Assembly (NCBI GenBank): GCA_017848335.1
Contig: JAGDAX010000046.1
Span: 2,752-66,751, forward strand
Length of the DNA: 64,000 bases
Source of the DNA: Clostridia bacterium
GTDB lineage: Bacteria; Bacillota; Clostridia; UBA1212
Direction of reading: 5' to 3'
This document shows positions 1-9,278 of this stretch, in pieces. A program made the position numbers and the translations under genes. The notes beneath the pieces are model-generated. The model made no database searches and had not been told where the DNA came from. It saw only the letters and a list, made by a program, of their open reading frames with translations. Positions within the stretch are counted from its first letter, which is position 1, and each line of letters begins with the position of its first letter.

Positions 1-179
1 TGCTTTTCGACGAGCCCACCAAGGGCCTTGACGTGGATGAAAAGAGGCGTCTCCGGGATATATTCCGGCGGCTTGGCGAGGACGGCAGGATCGTGATTTT
101 TGTGACGCACGATGAGGAATTTACGCTGATGGCGGCTAACCGCGTCGGCGTGCTCTCAGGCGGCAGGATACTGGAGTGA
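1..179 (+). CDS. ABC transporter ATP-binding protein, C-terminal fragment (5' end outside window)
   Basis: Frame 3 reads LFDEPTKGLDVDEKRRL...RIVIFVTHDEEF...GGRILE with stop TGA at 177-179. The Walker B (LFDEPT) and H-loop (VTHD) motifs are visible. Confidence 0.8.
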   Translation, partial: LFDEPTKGLDVDEKRRLRDIFRRLGEDGRIVIFVTHDEEFTLMAANRVGVLSGGRILE

Positions 180-282
180 AGGCAATAGGGGCGGCGGAAT
201 ATGCGGCCGGACCGTACGGTCAGAGGTTCCCGCAGGAGCCTTGCGGACCTGCGGCGGCCGCGGCGCAGACAGTGGGAAATAT

Positions 283-1080
283 ATGAACCGGACACTTTTT
301 CGCAGAATAATTTCATATTTCCTGGTGCTTGGGGCTGTGCCGGCGTTGGTGGTCGTGTTCGCGGCAGTAATGCCCGGAAGGTACTTCCTGCTGGTCGCCA
401 TCGGTATTGCGGTTTTGTCTGTGGGCTCCTTCTTCCTGAATTTCGAGAAGGAGCGCAACAATTCCGCCAGGACGGTGCTGACGGCGGTGTTTGCCGCGCT
501 GTCCACGGCCAGCCGCATTGTGTTCGCGGCGGTGCCGGGTTTCAAGCCGGTCATGAGCATGACGATGTTCGCGGGAATGTACCTTGGCGGTGACGCGGGT
601 TTTCTGGTGGGTGCTCTTACCGCGCTTCTCTCGAATTTCTTCTTCGGGCAGGGTGCGTGGACGCCGTTTCAGATGTTCCTGTGGGGGCTTATCGGGCTTT
701 TGGCCGGCGTGCTGGCAAAGCCGCTCAAAAAGAGCAGGATTTTCCTGTGCGTGGTGGGCGTTCTTGTGGGAGTAATGTTCTCGATGCTCATTGACGTGTG
801 GTCGACCGTGTGGATGTTCAACAGCTTCTCGCTCGAAAAGTATCTGGCGGTGGCCGCGCAGGGCGTTCCGTTTATGATAAGATACGGTGTTTCGAATACG
901 ATCTTTCTGCTGCTTTTGGCGGAGCCGATGAGGAAGACGATGGAGCGCGTTATGATAAAGTACGATATCGGGGTGGCGACCTTTTCGGGCAGTGAGAAAA
1001 GAGAAAAGCCGGGCAGTAAGAAAAGTGAGGACCCTGACAGTGAGATTTTGCCTAATAATACTGAAAAAACAGACCTTTAA
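283..1080 (+). CDS. Multi-pass membrane protein, ECF-transporter S-component-like
   Basis: ORF 241..1080, with ATG at 283 (MNRTLFRRII) as the likely start. It has several hydrophobic helices and a GQGAWTPFQMFLWGLIGLLAG motif, and it directly follows an ABC ATPase. Confidence 0.55.
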   Translation: MNRTLFRRIISYFLVLGAVPALVVVFAAVMPGRYFLLVAIGIAVLSVGSFFLNFEKERNNSARTVLTAVFAALSTASRIVFAAVPGFKPVMSMTMFAGMYLGGDAGFLVGALTALLSNFFFGQGAWTPFQMFLWGLIGLLAGVLAKPLKKSRIFLCVVGVLVGVMFSMLIDVWSTVWMFNSFSLEKYLAVAAQGVPFMIRYGVSNTIFLLLLAEPMRKTMERVMIKYDIGVATFSGSEKREKPGSKKSEDPDSEILPNNTEKTDL

Positions 1081-1165
1081 ACAAATGCGGATCCGGGAGA
1101 ATTTTATTGACTTTTTTTCTCGCCGGAGGTACAATAAGATAGATAATTCCGGGAGGTAAAACATT

Positions 1166-2218
1166 ATGGATGATAAGAAAACGTCGGACAGAAAAGCTGC
1201 TCTTGAGGCGGCAATTGCAGGAATAGAAAAACAATACGGCCAGGGCGCGGTAATGCGTCTGGGCGAGAATAAACATATGTCTGTGGATTCCGTTTCCACG
1301 GGATGCATAGGGCTTGACGCGGCTCTTGGCGTGGGAGGTCTTCCCAGGGGGAGAATCGTTGAGATATACGGGCCTGAGTCCTCGGGTAAGACCACGGTTG
1401 CGCTTCACGTGATAGCGGAGGCCCAGAAACAGGGAGGCGCGGCGGCTTTTATTGACGCGGAGCATGCGCTTGATCCGATCTATGCCTCAAATCTCGGTGT
1501 CGATATAGACAACCTTCTGGTTTCGCAGCCGGATACGGGCGAGCAGGCTCTCGAGATCGCGGAAGCACTGGTGAGGAGCGGCGCTATAGACGTTATCGTT
1601 ATTGACTCCGTGGCGGCTCTGGTGCCCAAGGCCGAGATCAACGGCGAGATGGGCGAGTCTTTTATGGGTCTGCAGGCGAGACTGATGTCGCAGGCGCTCA
1701 GGAAGCTGTCGGGCGTCATCAATAAATCCAACACCATCGCGATTTTCATCAATCAGCTGAGGGAGAAAATCGGCGTTATGTTCGGCAATCCGGAGACCAC
1801 CACAGGCGGCAAGGCTCTCAAGTTTTATTCGTCAGTCAGGATCGATATCCGCAAGGTTGACGTCATCAAAGAGGGCGGCGAAATCGTGGGCAACAGAACA
1901 AAGGCCAAGATCGTAAAGAACAAGGTCGCACCGCCCTTCAAGACGGTGGAATTCGATATTATTTACGGCAAGGGCATTTCCAAATCGGGCTCGCTGCTTG
2001 ATCTGGCGGTTATCAATGATATCATAGTCAAGAGCGGATCCTGGTTCTCCTATGACGGGAAGAGAATCGGCCAGGGGCGCGAGAATGCAAAGGCTTTCCT
2101 TGAGGACAATCCGGAGGTGTTTGCTGAAATCGAGAACAAGCTCCGTGTCGTGCTGAATTCCTCGGCGGCGGCCGTTCCGATAGCAATCGAGGAGACGTCG
2201 GACGAGGAGCAGGACTGA
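1166..2218 (+). CDS. recA: Recombinase RecA
   Basis: 350 aa. Contains GPESSGKTT (Walker A), FIDAEHALD and the [11 protein letters not shown] signature. A GGAGG-type RBS lies upstream. Confidence 0.98.
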   Translation: MDDKKTSDRKAALEAAIAGIEKQYGQGAVMRLGENKHMSVDSVSTGCIGLDAALGVGGLPRGRIVEIYGPESSGKTTVALHVIAEAQKQGGAAAFIDAEHALDPIYASNLGVDIDNLLVSQPDTGEQALEIAEALVRSGAIDVIVIDSVAALVPKAEINGEMGESFMGLQARLMSQALRKLSGVINKSNTIAIFINQLREKIGVMFGNPETTTGGKALKFYSSVRIDIRKVDVIKEGGEIVGNRTKAKIVKNKVAPPFKTVEFDIIYGKGISKSGSLLDLAVINDIIVKSGSWFSYDGKRIGQGRENAKAFLEDNPEVFAEIENKLRVVLNSSAAAVPIAIEETSDEEQD

Positions 2219-2385
2219 TATATTGTCGCTGAATGCCCCGCATACATTCCTCCGCGTACGCTCCGCGAATTCCCTCGCGAATTCCCTCGCGTATCCTCTA
2301 CGTATTTTCTTGCACAACCCCTTGTACGGCTGACCGTTACTTGCGGTATTGGATTTTGACAGTGGCAAAGGCGCAGGCATGATAA

Positions 2386-3036
2386 ATGATTAAAGAACCG
2401 CTCAAGGCCGGTTTCGGACAGTCCGGCGAAAGGTATGCCGTCTCATCCTTCGAAAAGACAGAGGAAAAGACTTACAGGGTCGAATTTGCCAACGGTGAAA
2501 GTGAGATCTTCTCGCCCGAGGAGTTCATTAAGTATGACCTCTATGCCACCGGTGAGACGAACAGACATTCCTACCGCGAGCTTTATTGCGGCGTGAATTT
2601 CGGGAGGTGCAAGGCTGTCGCCGGAAGGCAGGCCGCGTCGTCGCCGAAGCCCTCGGCCGCGGTGGCTGCGTACGTGAGGGCGCTGGGATTTACGGACGAA
2701 ACGGTCATTGAAGTTATTGACGCGCTCAAGGAAGAGGGTGCGCTGGATGACGCCAGAGTGGCAGCAAGGCTTGCCGCTCAAAGGACAGCTGCCGGGAAGG
2801 CTTCGTCCGGGATGATAGTAAGAGAGCTGATCTCAAAAGGCATTGACCGCGAAGCTGCGGAAAATGCGGTCGGCGAGCTTGACTATTCGGACGCCGACGC
2901 CGCGGCTGCGATTGCCGAAAGCCGGAAAAGTCTCGGACAGGACGAGTTGAAGGTGATGCGGTACCTTGCGGGGAAGGGCTTCAGTCAAACTGTGGTTCTG
3001 GAGGCGGTTCGGAAGGTCTACGGGTGTGACGAGTGA
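2386..3036 (+). CDS. recX: RecX-like regulatory protein
   Basis: Lies immediately downstream of recA. The C-terminal two thirds show RecX-type three-helix repeats (VIEVIDALKEEGALDDARVA..., MIVRELISKGIDREAAENAV..., VMRYLAGKGFSQTVVLEAV). Confidence 0.75.
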   Translation: MIKEPLKAGFGQSGERYAVSSFEKTEEKTYRVEFANGESEIFSPEEFIKYDLYATGETNRHSYRELYCGVNFGRCKAVAGRQAASSPKPSAAVAAYVRALGFTDETVIEVIDALKEEGALDDARVAARLAAQRTAAGKASSGMIVRELISKGIDREAAENAVGELDYSDADAAAAIAESRKSLGQDELKVMRYLAGKGFSQTVVLEAVRKVYGCDE

Positions 3037-3195
3037 ATGCGGAGGGTTTGCCCGGCCGGTAAATGCGGAAGGCTTGCTTGACGGATAAGCGCGTAAGGCT
3101 TGCTTGACGGGAAAATCAGGAAGGCTTGATCTACGGGCAAAAGCGGAGGATCCGCTTGACGGATTAATGTGAAAGGGCTTCGTGAGTGACGGATA
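3037..3195. repeat. Degenerate ~26-nt tandem repeat (core GGAAGGCTTGCTTGACGGATAA), about 6 units
   Basis: Read directly between recX and rimO. The last unit overlaps the putative GTG start of rimO. Confidence 0.8.
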
Positions 3196-4760
3196 AAAAG
3201 GATTTTTCATCAGAAATGGTACCCGGAAATATTTCCGTGGGAATGATATCGCTGGGCTGCGCCAAAAACCGCATCGATTCAGAGATCATGCTCGGACTTT
3301 TGAAGGAAGCCGGGTATCGGATCACGGGCGACGAAAACAAAGCCGATATTGTCATAATTAATACCTGCGGGTTCATTGAGAGCTCCAAAAGGGAAGCAAT
3401 TGACGCGATTCTGGAGACCGCGGCTCTCAAGGAGAGCGGCAACGTAAAGGGGATTATTGTCGCGGGCTGCCTTGCGCAAAGGTACGGTAACGATATTGTG
3501 AAGTCCATGCCTGAGGTGGATGCCGTGATGGGCGCATACGGCTACAGCGATATATGCAAGGCCGTTGAAAGCGTGATTGGAAATGTAATCGGGCAAGCGG
3601 CCGGGAGTGTCCCGGAAGGCTTCGCTCAAAGCGCGGCACGTGATATTGGCGCGGCTCGCAATGTTGGTGCGGCCGGTAATATTGGCGAGGCTCGCAGCAG
3701 CGTTGACGGACGCGGAGAGGCGCCGGGAGAGGGACCGGCTTCCGGGAGGACAAGCGCTCAAAATGCAGCTCAAGGCGTTTGCTATTTTGACGATGAAGTG
3801 AGACTTTCGCTGGATTATCTTGACGGGGAAAGAGTGCTCACAACGCCGGGAAGCTACGCTTATCTGAAGCTGGCGGAGGGCTGCAGCAACAGATGCTCTT
3901 ATTGCGCCATTCCTTCAATCAAGGGACCCTTCAGAAGCAGGCCTTTGGAAAGTGTGCTTGCAGAGGCTGCCGCATTGGGGAAAAAAGGAATCAAAGAGCT
4001 GGTGCTGGTGGCTCAGGACAGCACGATGTACGGTCGGGATATTGCCGGAAGGTCGCTGCTGCCGGAATTGCTGGAGGGGCTTGACGGGATCGGCGGAATC
4101 AAGGCGGTGAGGATACTGTATCTGTATCCGGACGAGCTTGACGACGACATATTCGCGGCAATGACCCGCAGCAGGAAGCTTCTCCGCTATTTCGACATAC
4201 CGATGCAGCATATCAGCACGGCGGTTCTGAAGCGGATGAACAGGCGGGGCACAAAGGAAATGTATCTGGAAGCTCTGGAGAGGTTCCGCAGGGAAATGCC
4301 CGACTGCGTCATCAGAACGTCGCTTATTACCGGATTTCCCGGGGAGACAGAGGAAGACCACCGGGAGCTGAAGGATTTTTTGAGGACGGCAGCGGTGCAG
4401 CGCGCCGGAGTGTTTACGTATTCGCGCGAAGAGGGCACTAAAGCTGCGGGCTTTAAGGATCAGATTCACGGCAATACCAAAAAGAGACGTTACCGCGAGC
4501 TGATGGAGATTTTGAGGGCCAATTCGGAGGAATTCAACCGGAGCCGCGTCGGCAAGGTTTACGACGTGATCGTGGACGGAACGGCGGAGGACGGGATATT
4601 TTACACGGGGCGGTCATACATGGAGGCGCCGGAGGAGGACGGCTTGATTTATTTTGCCGCCAAGGACGAGCTTTCGCCGGGGGATATCGTGAAAGTGAAA
4701 ATACTGATTGCAGGCGAATATGACCTTACAGGCGAACAGGTGGAAGAGGACGAAGATTAG
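3186..4760 (+). CDS. rimO: Ribosomal protein S12 methylthiotransferase RimO (radical SAM MTTase) carrying a low-complexity insertion
   Basis: N-terminal SLGCAKNRIDSE...INTCGFI, radical-SAM CSNRCSYC motif, and a C-terminal TRAM-like region. The start may be the ATG at 3216 (MVPGNISVGMISLGC). The insertion spans about 3588-3777. Confidence 0.85.
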   Translation: MTDKKDFSSEMVPGNISVGMISLGCAKNRIDSEIMLGLLKEAGYRITGDENKADIVIINTCGFIESSKREAIDAILETAALKESGNVKGIIVAGCLAQRYGNDIVKSMPEVDAVMGAYGYSDICKAVESVIGNVIGQAAGSVPEGFAQSAARDIGAARNVGAAGNIGEARSSVDGRGEAPGEGPASGRTSAQNAAQGVCYFDDEVRLSLDYLDGERVLTTPGSYAYLKLAEGCSNRCSYCAIPSIKGPFRSRPLESVLAEAAALGKKGIKELVLVAQDSTMYGRDIAGRSLLPELLEGLDGIGGIKAVRILYLYPDELDDDIFAAMTRSRKLLRYFDIPMQHISTAVLKRMNRRGTKEMYLEALERFRREMPDCVIRTSLITGFPGETEEDHRELKDFLRTAAVQRAGVFTYSREEGTKAAGFKDQIHGNTKKRRYRELMEILRANSEEFNRSRVGKVYDVIVDGTAEDGIFYTGRSYMEAPEEDGLIYFAAKDELSPGDIVKVKILIAGEYDLTGEQVEEDED

Positions 4761-4866
4761 AGGCGGTGCGGCGATTTGCCGGAGATTTGCCGGTTCGTTG
4801 CGCGAAAAGTCCGCTTCCGTGCTGCGGGCGCGGGCCGACTGCGGGCTGCCGGATTTTTGATTTTGT

Positions 4867-4895
4867 TTGACACAAAGCCGCTTTTGTTTTATATT
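4867..4895 (+). promoter_or_regulatory. Sigma-70-type promoter upstream of pgsA
   Basis: TTGACA (4867-4872), a 17-nt spacer, then TATATT (4890-4895). An unassigned leader of about 190 nt follows. Confidence 0.55.
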
Positions 4896-5145
4896 ATCCT
4901 GTGGCATTTCGGCGAAATGCCCCGGCGTTTGTGGCCGGACAGGTAAAAGGTGCCCGGCTTGGGGCGTCAGGCAGCGCAGGGAACGGCGTAAATATTTGGG
5001 ACGGTCGGAACCTTCGAAACGATGAGAACGTTCTTCACGCGCGTAAAATGCAAAATGCGGAACACGTCTTTTTTGGAAGGGAGGAATTGTTATTACACTT
5101 TCAAATAAAATTACAATTTCGCGGATAATAGTAATTCCTGTCTTT

Positions 5146-5679
5146 ATGGTGTTCGCGTTTCCGTGGCCTTCGTTTATTGGCTTTGATATGCCTTATCCGG
5201 TGAGGGCAATCGTTTCCCTGGTGCTTTTTGTGCTGGCCTCGATTTCGGATCTGGTGGACGGCAGGATTGCCAGGAAGTATAACCAGATCACGGATTTCGG
5301 CAAGTTTCTGGATCCGATAGCCGATAAGCTTTTGGTGACGGCGGCGCTTCTCGCGATTTGCGCAGAGAGAAATATTTACGTTTGGGCCACCGCTGTGATT
5401 TTGATGCGGGAGTTTATCGTAACGGGTTTGAGACTTGTGGCTGCCGCAGGCGGGAAGGTCATTGCCGCCGGGAAGCTGGGCAAGGCAAAGACCACGCTTC
5501 AGACTACTTCAATAATTACGTTGTATTCTGCGAAGGTGCTGGGTCTTATTTACGGGCCCATTGAAAAATATCTGGCTATTCTCGGGGATGTTGTGATGCT
5601 CGCCGCTGTCGTGATGACGATCATTTCGGGCGTCGAGTATGTCGTTCGCAACAAGGACGTGTTGCGGGGAAGCATCTGA
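5146..5679 (+). CDS. pgsA: CDP-diacylglycerol--glycerol-3-phosphate 3-phosphatidyltransferase
   Basis: CDP-alcohol phosphatidyltransferase motif DxxDGxxAR...G...D...D (SDLVDGRIARKYNQITDFGKFLDPIADK). Coordinates are given from the first ATG. The conserved N-terminus continues upstream in frame to about 5092 with no canonical start codon (see findings). Confidence 0.85.
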   Translation: MVFAFPWPSFIGFDMPYPVRAIVSLVLFVLASISDLVDGRIARKYNQITDFGKFLDPIADKLLVTAALLAICAERNIYVWATAVILMREFIVTGLRLVAAAGGKVIAAGKLGKAKTTLQTTSIITLYSAKVLGLIYGPIEKYLAILGDVVMLAAVVMTIISGVEYVVRNKDVLRGSI

Positions 5680-5695
5680 CAGGAGTTTTGTTTTT

Positions 5696-6733
5696 ATGAT
5701 TATTGCAGTCGATGCCATGGGAGGCGATAATGCTCCCGTTGAAATAGTGAAGGGCGCCATCGAAGCCGTGAAGGCGGAGGAGGGCTTTGACGTTCTTTTG
5801 ATAGGTGATTCACAGAGGATTGAGGAGATCATTAAGGCTTCCGGCTATGTCGGGGACCGTATCAGGATCCGCAACACCACTGAGGTGATCACCAACGAGG
5901 ACGCACCCACCAAGGCCATCAAGACCAAGAAGGATTCGTCCATTCACGTGGGGTTTGACCTTGTGAAGGCTGACGAGGCGGACTGTCTTATTTCTGCGGG
6001 CAGCAGCGGGGCTCTGCTGGCGGGCTCGGTGATGCTTCTGAAGCGTATTCCGGGCGTTGACAGACCGGCGGTGGCTACCGCGGTGCCTTCGGGAAAGGGC
6101 AACGTGCTCCTTATAGACTCGGGCTTTAATACTTCCGTCAAGCCCGTCAATTACGTGCAGTTCGGATTGCTGGGCAGCGCGTATATGAAGGCGGCTTTCG
6201 GCTGCGAAAATCCCAGAGTAGGGCTTATCAACATAGGGGTTGAAGAAGAGAAGGGCGACCCGGTCATTAAGGAGGCCAACGCGCTGCTTAAGAACGCGAA
6301 GCTCAATTTCATCGGGAACCTTGAAAGCCGCGACTTTTTCAACGACGTGGCCGACGTGGCGGTGACGGACGGATTCACGGGTAACGTTATGCTGAAGCTC
6401 ATCGAAGGGGCGTCGGAGTTCCTTTTCGGTGAGATAAAAAAGGTGTTTTCGACGAACGCCAGGACTAAGATCGGCGCCGCCATGGTCGCCGGAGAGCTTA
6501 AAGAGCTCAAGAAGAAGGTCGACACGGATATTCTGGGCGGCGCTCCTGTGCTCGGAATTGACAGGCTGGTAATAAAGAGCCACGGCAGCTCGAAGGCGAG
6601 GACGATCAAGTACGTCATCCTCAAGGCCCGGAAGCTGATCGAATCGGATTTTATAGAGGACCTGAGGCAACATTGCGGCGAGCTCTTTGTGAGTGAGCAG
6701 GAAGGTGACTCAGGAGACGGGCTCCGGGAATGA
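5696..6733 (+). CDS. plsX: Phosphate acyltransferase PlsX
   Basis: MIIAVDAMGGDNAP N-terminus with an AGGAG RBS at 5681-5685. Lies in the pgsA-plsX-acpP context. Confidence 0.93.
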   Translation: MIIAVDAMGGDNAPVEIVKGAIEAVKAEEGFDVLLIGDSQRIEEIIKASGYVGDRIRIRNTTEVITNEDAPTKAIKTKKDSSIHVGFDLVKADEADCLISAGSSGALLAGSVMLLKRIPGVDRPAVATAVPSGKGNVLLIDSGFNTSVKPVNYVQFGLLGSAYMKAAFGCENPRVGLINIGVEEEKGDPVIKEANALLKNAKLNFIGNLESRDFFNDVADVAVTDGFTGNVMLKLIEGASEFLFGEIKKVFSTNARTKIGAAMVAGELKELKKKVDTDILGGAPVLGIDRLVIKSHGSSKARTIKYVILKARKLIESDFIEDLRQHCGELFVSEQEGDSGDGLRE

Positions 6734-6919
6734 ACGGGCATTGTGTTTATGACCTGCTGCCGGCCTGCTGCTGAATTTTGCTGAACTGCTGCTGAGCTGC
6801 AGCTGACTTGATCGCGGCGCGTTTGCGGCATGACCTTAACGCGGTTATTGGTTATAACGTGATTATGGCTTGTCTTTTATCCGGGCCGTTGGAAAATGTA
6901 TTATACGGAGGTAGTAAGA

Positions 6920-7141
6920 ATGTTTGAGAAGGTAAAAGCGATTATTGCTGAGCAGCTTAATATTGACGCTGATAAAATCACAATGGAATCATCGATTATT
7001 GAAGATCTCGGAGCGGATTCTCTGGACGTAGTTGAGCTGGTTATGGCTCTCGAAGAGAATTTCGGCGTGGAGATTCCGGACGACGAGGCGGAGAAGATCA
7101 ACACTATCGGCGACATCGTGAATTACATCGAGAGCCACTGA
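6920..7141 (+). CDS. acpP: Acyl carrier protein
   Basis: 73 aa containing the [18 protein letters not shown] phosphopantetheine-attachment motif. Confidence 0.93.
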   Translation: MFEKVKAIIAEQLNIDADKITMESSIIEDLGADSLDVVELVMALEENFGVEIPDDEAEKINTIGDIVNYIESH

Positions 7142-7143
7142 TT

Positions 7144-7305
7144 TTGTAAGCCTTGTAAGCTTTTGTAACCGCTGTAAGCCTTTCTTCGTCTTGTGAGCCG
7201 CTGCTGATCTGCGGCTGATCTGCGACTGGTCTGCAACTGATCTTTGGATGAACTGCGGCTGATCTTCGGCAGATCTGCGGCTGGTTTTCGGCAGATCTTC
7301 GGCGG
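7144..7305. repeat. Two adjacent short tandem repeats (TTGTAAGCC-like 9-10-mer, then CTGCGGCTGATCT-like 13-mer)
   Basis: Read directly in the acpP-rnc spacer. Confidence 0.75.
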
Positions 7306-7397
7306 CGCGGATGCTTCCTTGGCGGAACTCGCGCTTCACCGGTGAGAAAACATGTCGAAGGACACATTGTTTACTTAAAGATGGGAGACGTCCTGTA

Positions 7398-8117
7398 ATG
7401 TCCGTGGATCTGCAGAAAAAGCTTGGATATTATTTCAAAAACGGGGCGCTTCTGAAGGAGGCGCTTCGGCATACGTCATACGCCCACGAAAGATACAAAA
7501 CCGACGCCCATCTGAAGAGCAATGAGAGACTTGAATTTGTGGGCGACGCGGTGGTCGGACTGATAGTCGCGTCGTATCTGTACAAGACGTTTCCGGAGCT
7601 TCCCGAGGGGAACATGTCCAAGATCAGGGCTTCGGTGGTGTGCGAGGAGTCGTTGTCAAAGCTTGCCGAGAAGCTGGGCGTGCCCGGATGCATTAAGCTG
7701 GGCGTCGGTGAATTCCAGTCAGGCGGCAGATTCAAGCCGTCGATCCTGGCGGATGCTGTGGAAAGTATTGTCGCGGCGATATACCTTGACGGCGGATACG
7801 AAACGGCGGAGCGCATAATGCTTCCGTTCTTTGTGGATCTCATTCACGACGCCGGAGCGGAGGCAATTGTTCACAATTACAAATCGAGGCTTCAGGAGTA
7901 TTTGGCGCCGAAGGGGATTCGCCCGGTTTATTCGATAATAAATGAGACCGGGCCCGATCACAACAGGTCTTTCGAGGCTATGGTTACCCTGAAAGGCGCG
8001 GACGACGGCCCTGAGACGATTATTGACGGGTTCTCCGCGACGGGAAGCGGAAGGACCAAAAAGGAAGCTGAGCAGGCTGCGGCGGGGGCGCTTCTTGGTG
8101 CTCTTACCGGGAAATAA
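7398..8117 (+). CDS. rnc: Ribonuclease III
   Basis: RNase III signature NERLEFVGDAV plus a C-terminal dsRBD (GPDHNRSF...GSGRTKKEAEQAAA). The start is taken at the ATG at 7398 (MSVDLQKKLGY). Confidence 0.93.
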   Translation: MSVDLQKKLGYYFKNGALLKEALRHTSYAHERYKTDAHLKSNERLEFVGDAVVGLIVASYLYKTFPELPEGNMSKIRASVVCEESLSKLAEKLGVPGCIKLGVGEFQSGGRFKPSILADAVESIVAAIYLDGGYETAERIMLPFFVDLIHDAGAEAIVHNYKSRLQEYLAPKGIRPVYSIINETGPDHNRSFEAMVTLKGADDGPETIIDGFSATGSGRTKKEAEQAAAGALLGALTGK

Positions 8118-8156
8118 TCTTTCAATACCTTATCCGGCTGTAAAGAGGAGAGCGTT

Positions 8157-8876
8157 ATGATACGTGTTACCGTGTGGAATGAGTTTTATCACGAGAAGGT
8201 CAGCGAGGCCATCGGGCAGATCTATCCCGATGGGATACACGGGGCCATTGCGGGTTTTCTCTCGAAGGACGAGAATTTGTCTGTGAGAACAGTGACCTTT
8301 GATGACCCGGAATACGGCCTTTCCGACGAAGTGCTCGACTCGACGGACGTCCTTATATGGTGGGCTCACGTGCTGCACCATAAGGTTCCCGATGAGGTGG
8401 CGAGGCGTGTTCAGGACAGGGTTCTCAAAGGGATGGGCTTTATTCCGCTTCATTCATCGCACATGTGCAAGCCCTTTCAGATGCTTCTCGGAACGTCCTG
8501 CACGCTGAGATGGCGCGACAATGACCGGGAGAGGCTATGGTGCGTAAATCCCGGGCATCCGATCGCACAGGGCATTGGCGAATATTTTGAGCTGGAACAC
8601 GAAGAGATGTACGGCGAGTTTTTCGATATTCCGGAGCCTGACGAGCTTATTTTCATAGGCTGGTTCAAGGGCGGCGAGGCCTTCAGAAGCGGCTGCACCT
8701 TCAGGCGCGGATACGGCAAAATTTTCTATTTTCAGCCGGGTCACGAGGAATATCCCACGTATTACAACGAGAACGTTCAGAAGGTCATTAAGAATGCCGT
8801 CTACTGGGCGGTGCCCACCAAGGCGAGGGAACGCATAGACGCGCCGTTTATGGAATCTCCCGAGGCCGGAAAATAA
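8157..8876 (+). CDS. ThuA-domain (trehalose-utilisation-like) protein
   Basis: IRVTVWNEF.HEK, YPDGIHGAIA, GMGFIPLHSSH, EEMYGEFFDIPEPD and GKIFYFQPGHEEYP match the ThuA family pattern as I remember it. Confidence 0.8.
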   Translation: MIRVTVWNEFYHEKVSEAIGQIYPDGIHGAIAGFLSKDENLSVRTVTFDDPEYGLSDEVLDSTDVLIWWAHVLHHKVPDEVARRVQDRVLKGMGFIPLHSSHMCKPFQMLLGTSCTLRWRDNDRERLWCVNPGHPIAQGIGEYFELEHEEMYGEFFDIPEPDELIFIGWFKGGEAFRSGCTFRRGYGKIFYFQPGHEEYPTYYNENVQKVIKNAVYWAVPTKARERIDAPFMESPEAGK

Positions 8877-8892
8877 CTGCCGGTGAATAATG

Positions 8893-8997
8893 CCCGCGGA
8901 ACGCTCTTGGCAGATAAGACCGCGGAACGCTCTTGGCAGGTAAGCCCGCGGAACGCTCTTGGCGGATAAGACCGCGGAAGGACGCCGGCAGACAGGC
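8893..8997. repeat. 26-nt tandem repeat CCGCGGAACGCTCTTGGCAGATAAGA, 4 units
   Basis: Read directly, starting 17 nt after the thuA-like stop codon. Confidence 0.85.
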
Positions 8998-9278
8998 CCG
9001 CATTATGATCATACTACTTGGAAATGCCGCTTTTGCGTTGACCGGACGTGCCGGGAATGTCAGGCGGCTTTTTCATAGACCGTTTCGTTAATCGGAAGGC
9101 CGCTGAGGAAGGCCGGGCGCTGCAGGGAGGTAAATTGCAGGCCGTGTTGTCCTCGGCATGGTTCCGTTTTACAGGTCGAGCTGCAGCAGCAGGGCTTTAC
9201 GATAAGGTTTTACGTTTTGAGGTACAAGGTTAAAGTACAAAGGTTAAAGTACAAGGTTGGAGTACAAGGAGAGGATCC

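Noticed and set aside
4900-5091. ~190-nt leader between the pgsA promoter and RBS, considered as a riboswitch or ncRNA
   Set aside because: It contains two small hairpins (GGCATTT..AAATGCC and CCGGC..GCCGG). I could not match it to any riboswitch class I know (c-di-GMP, ZTP, c-di-AMP, preQ1 and others), and the T-run at 5068-5074 lacks a preceding stem. It is left unassigned.
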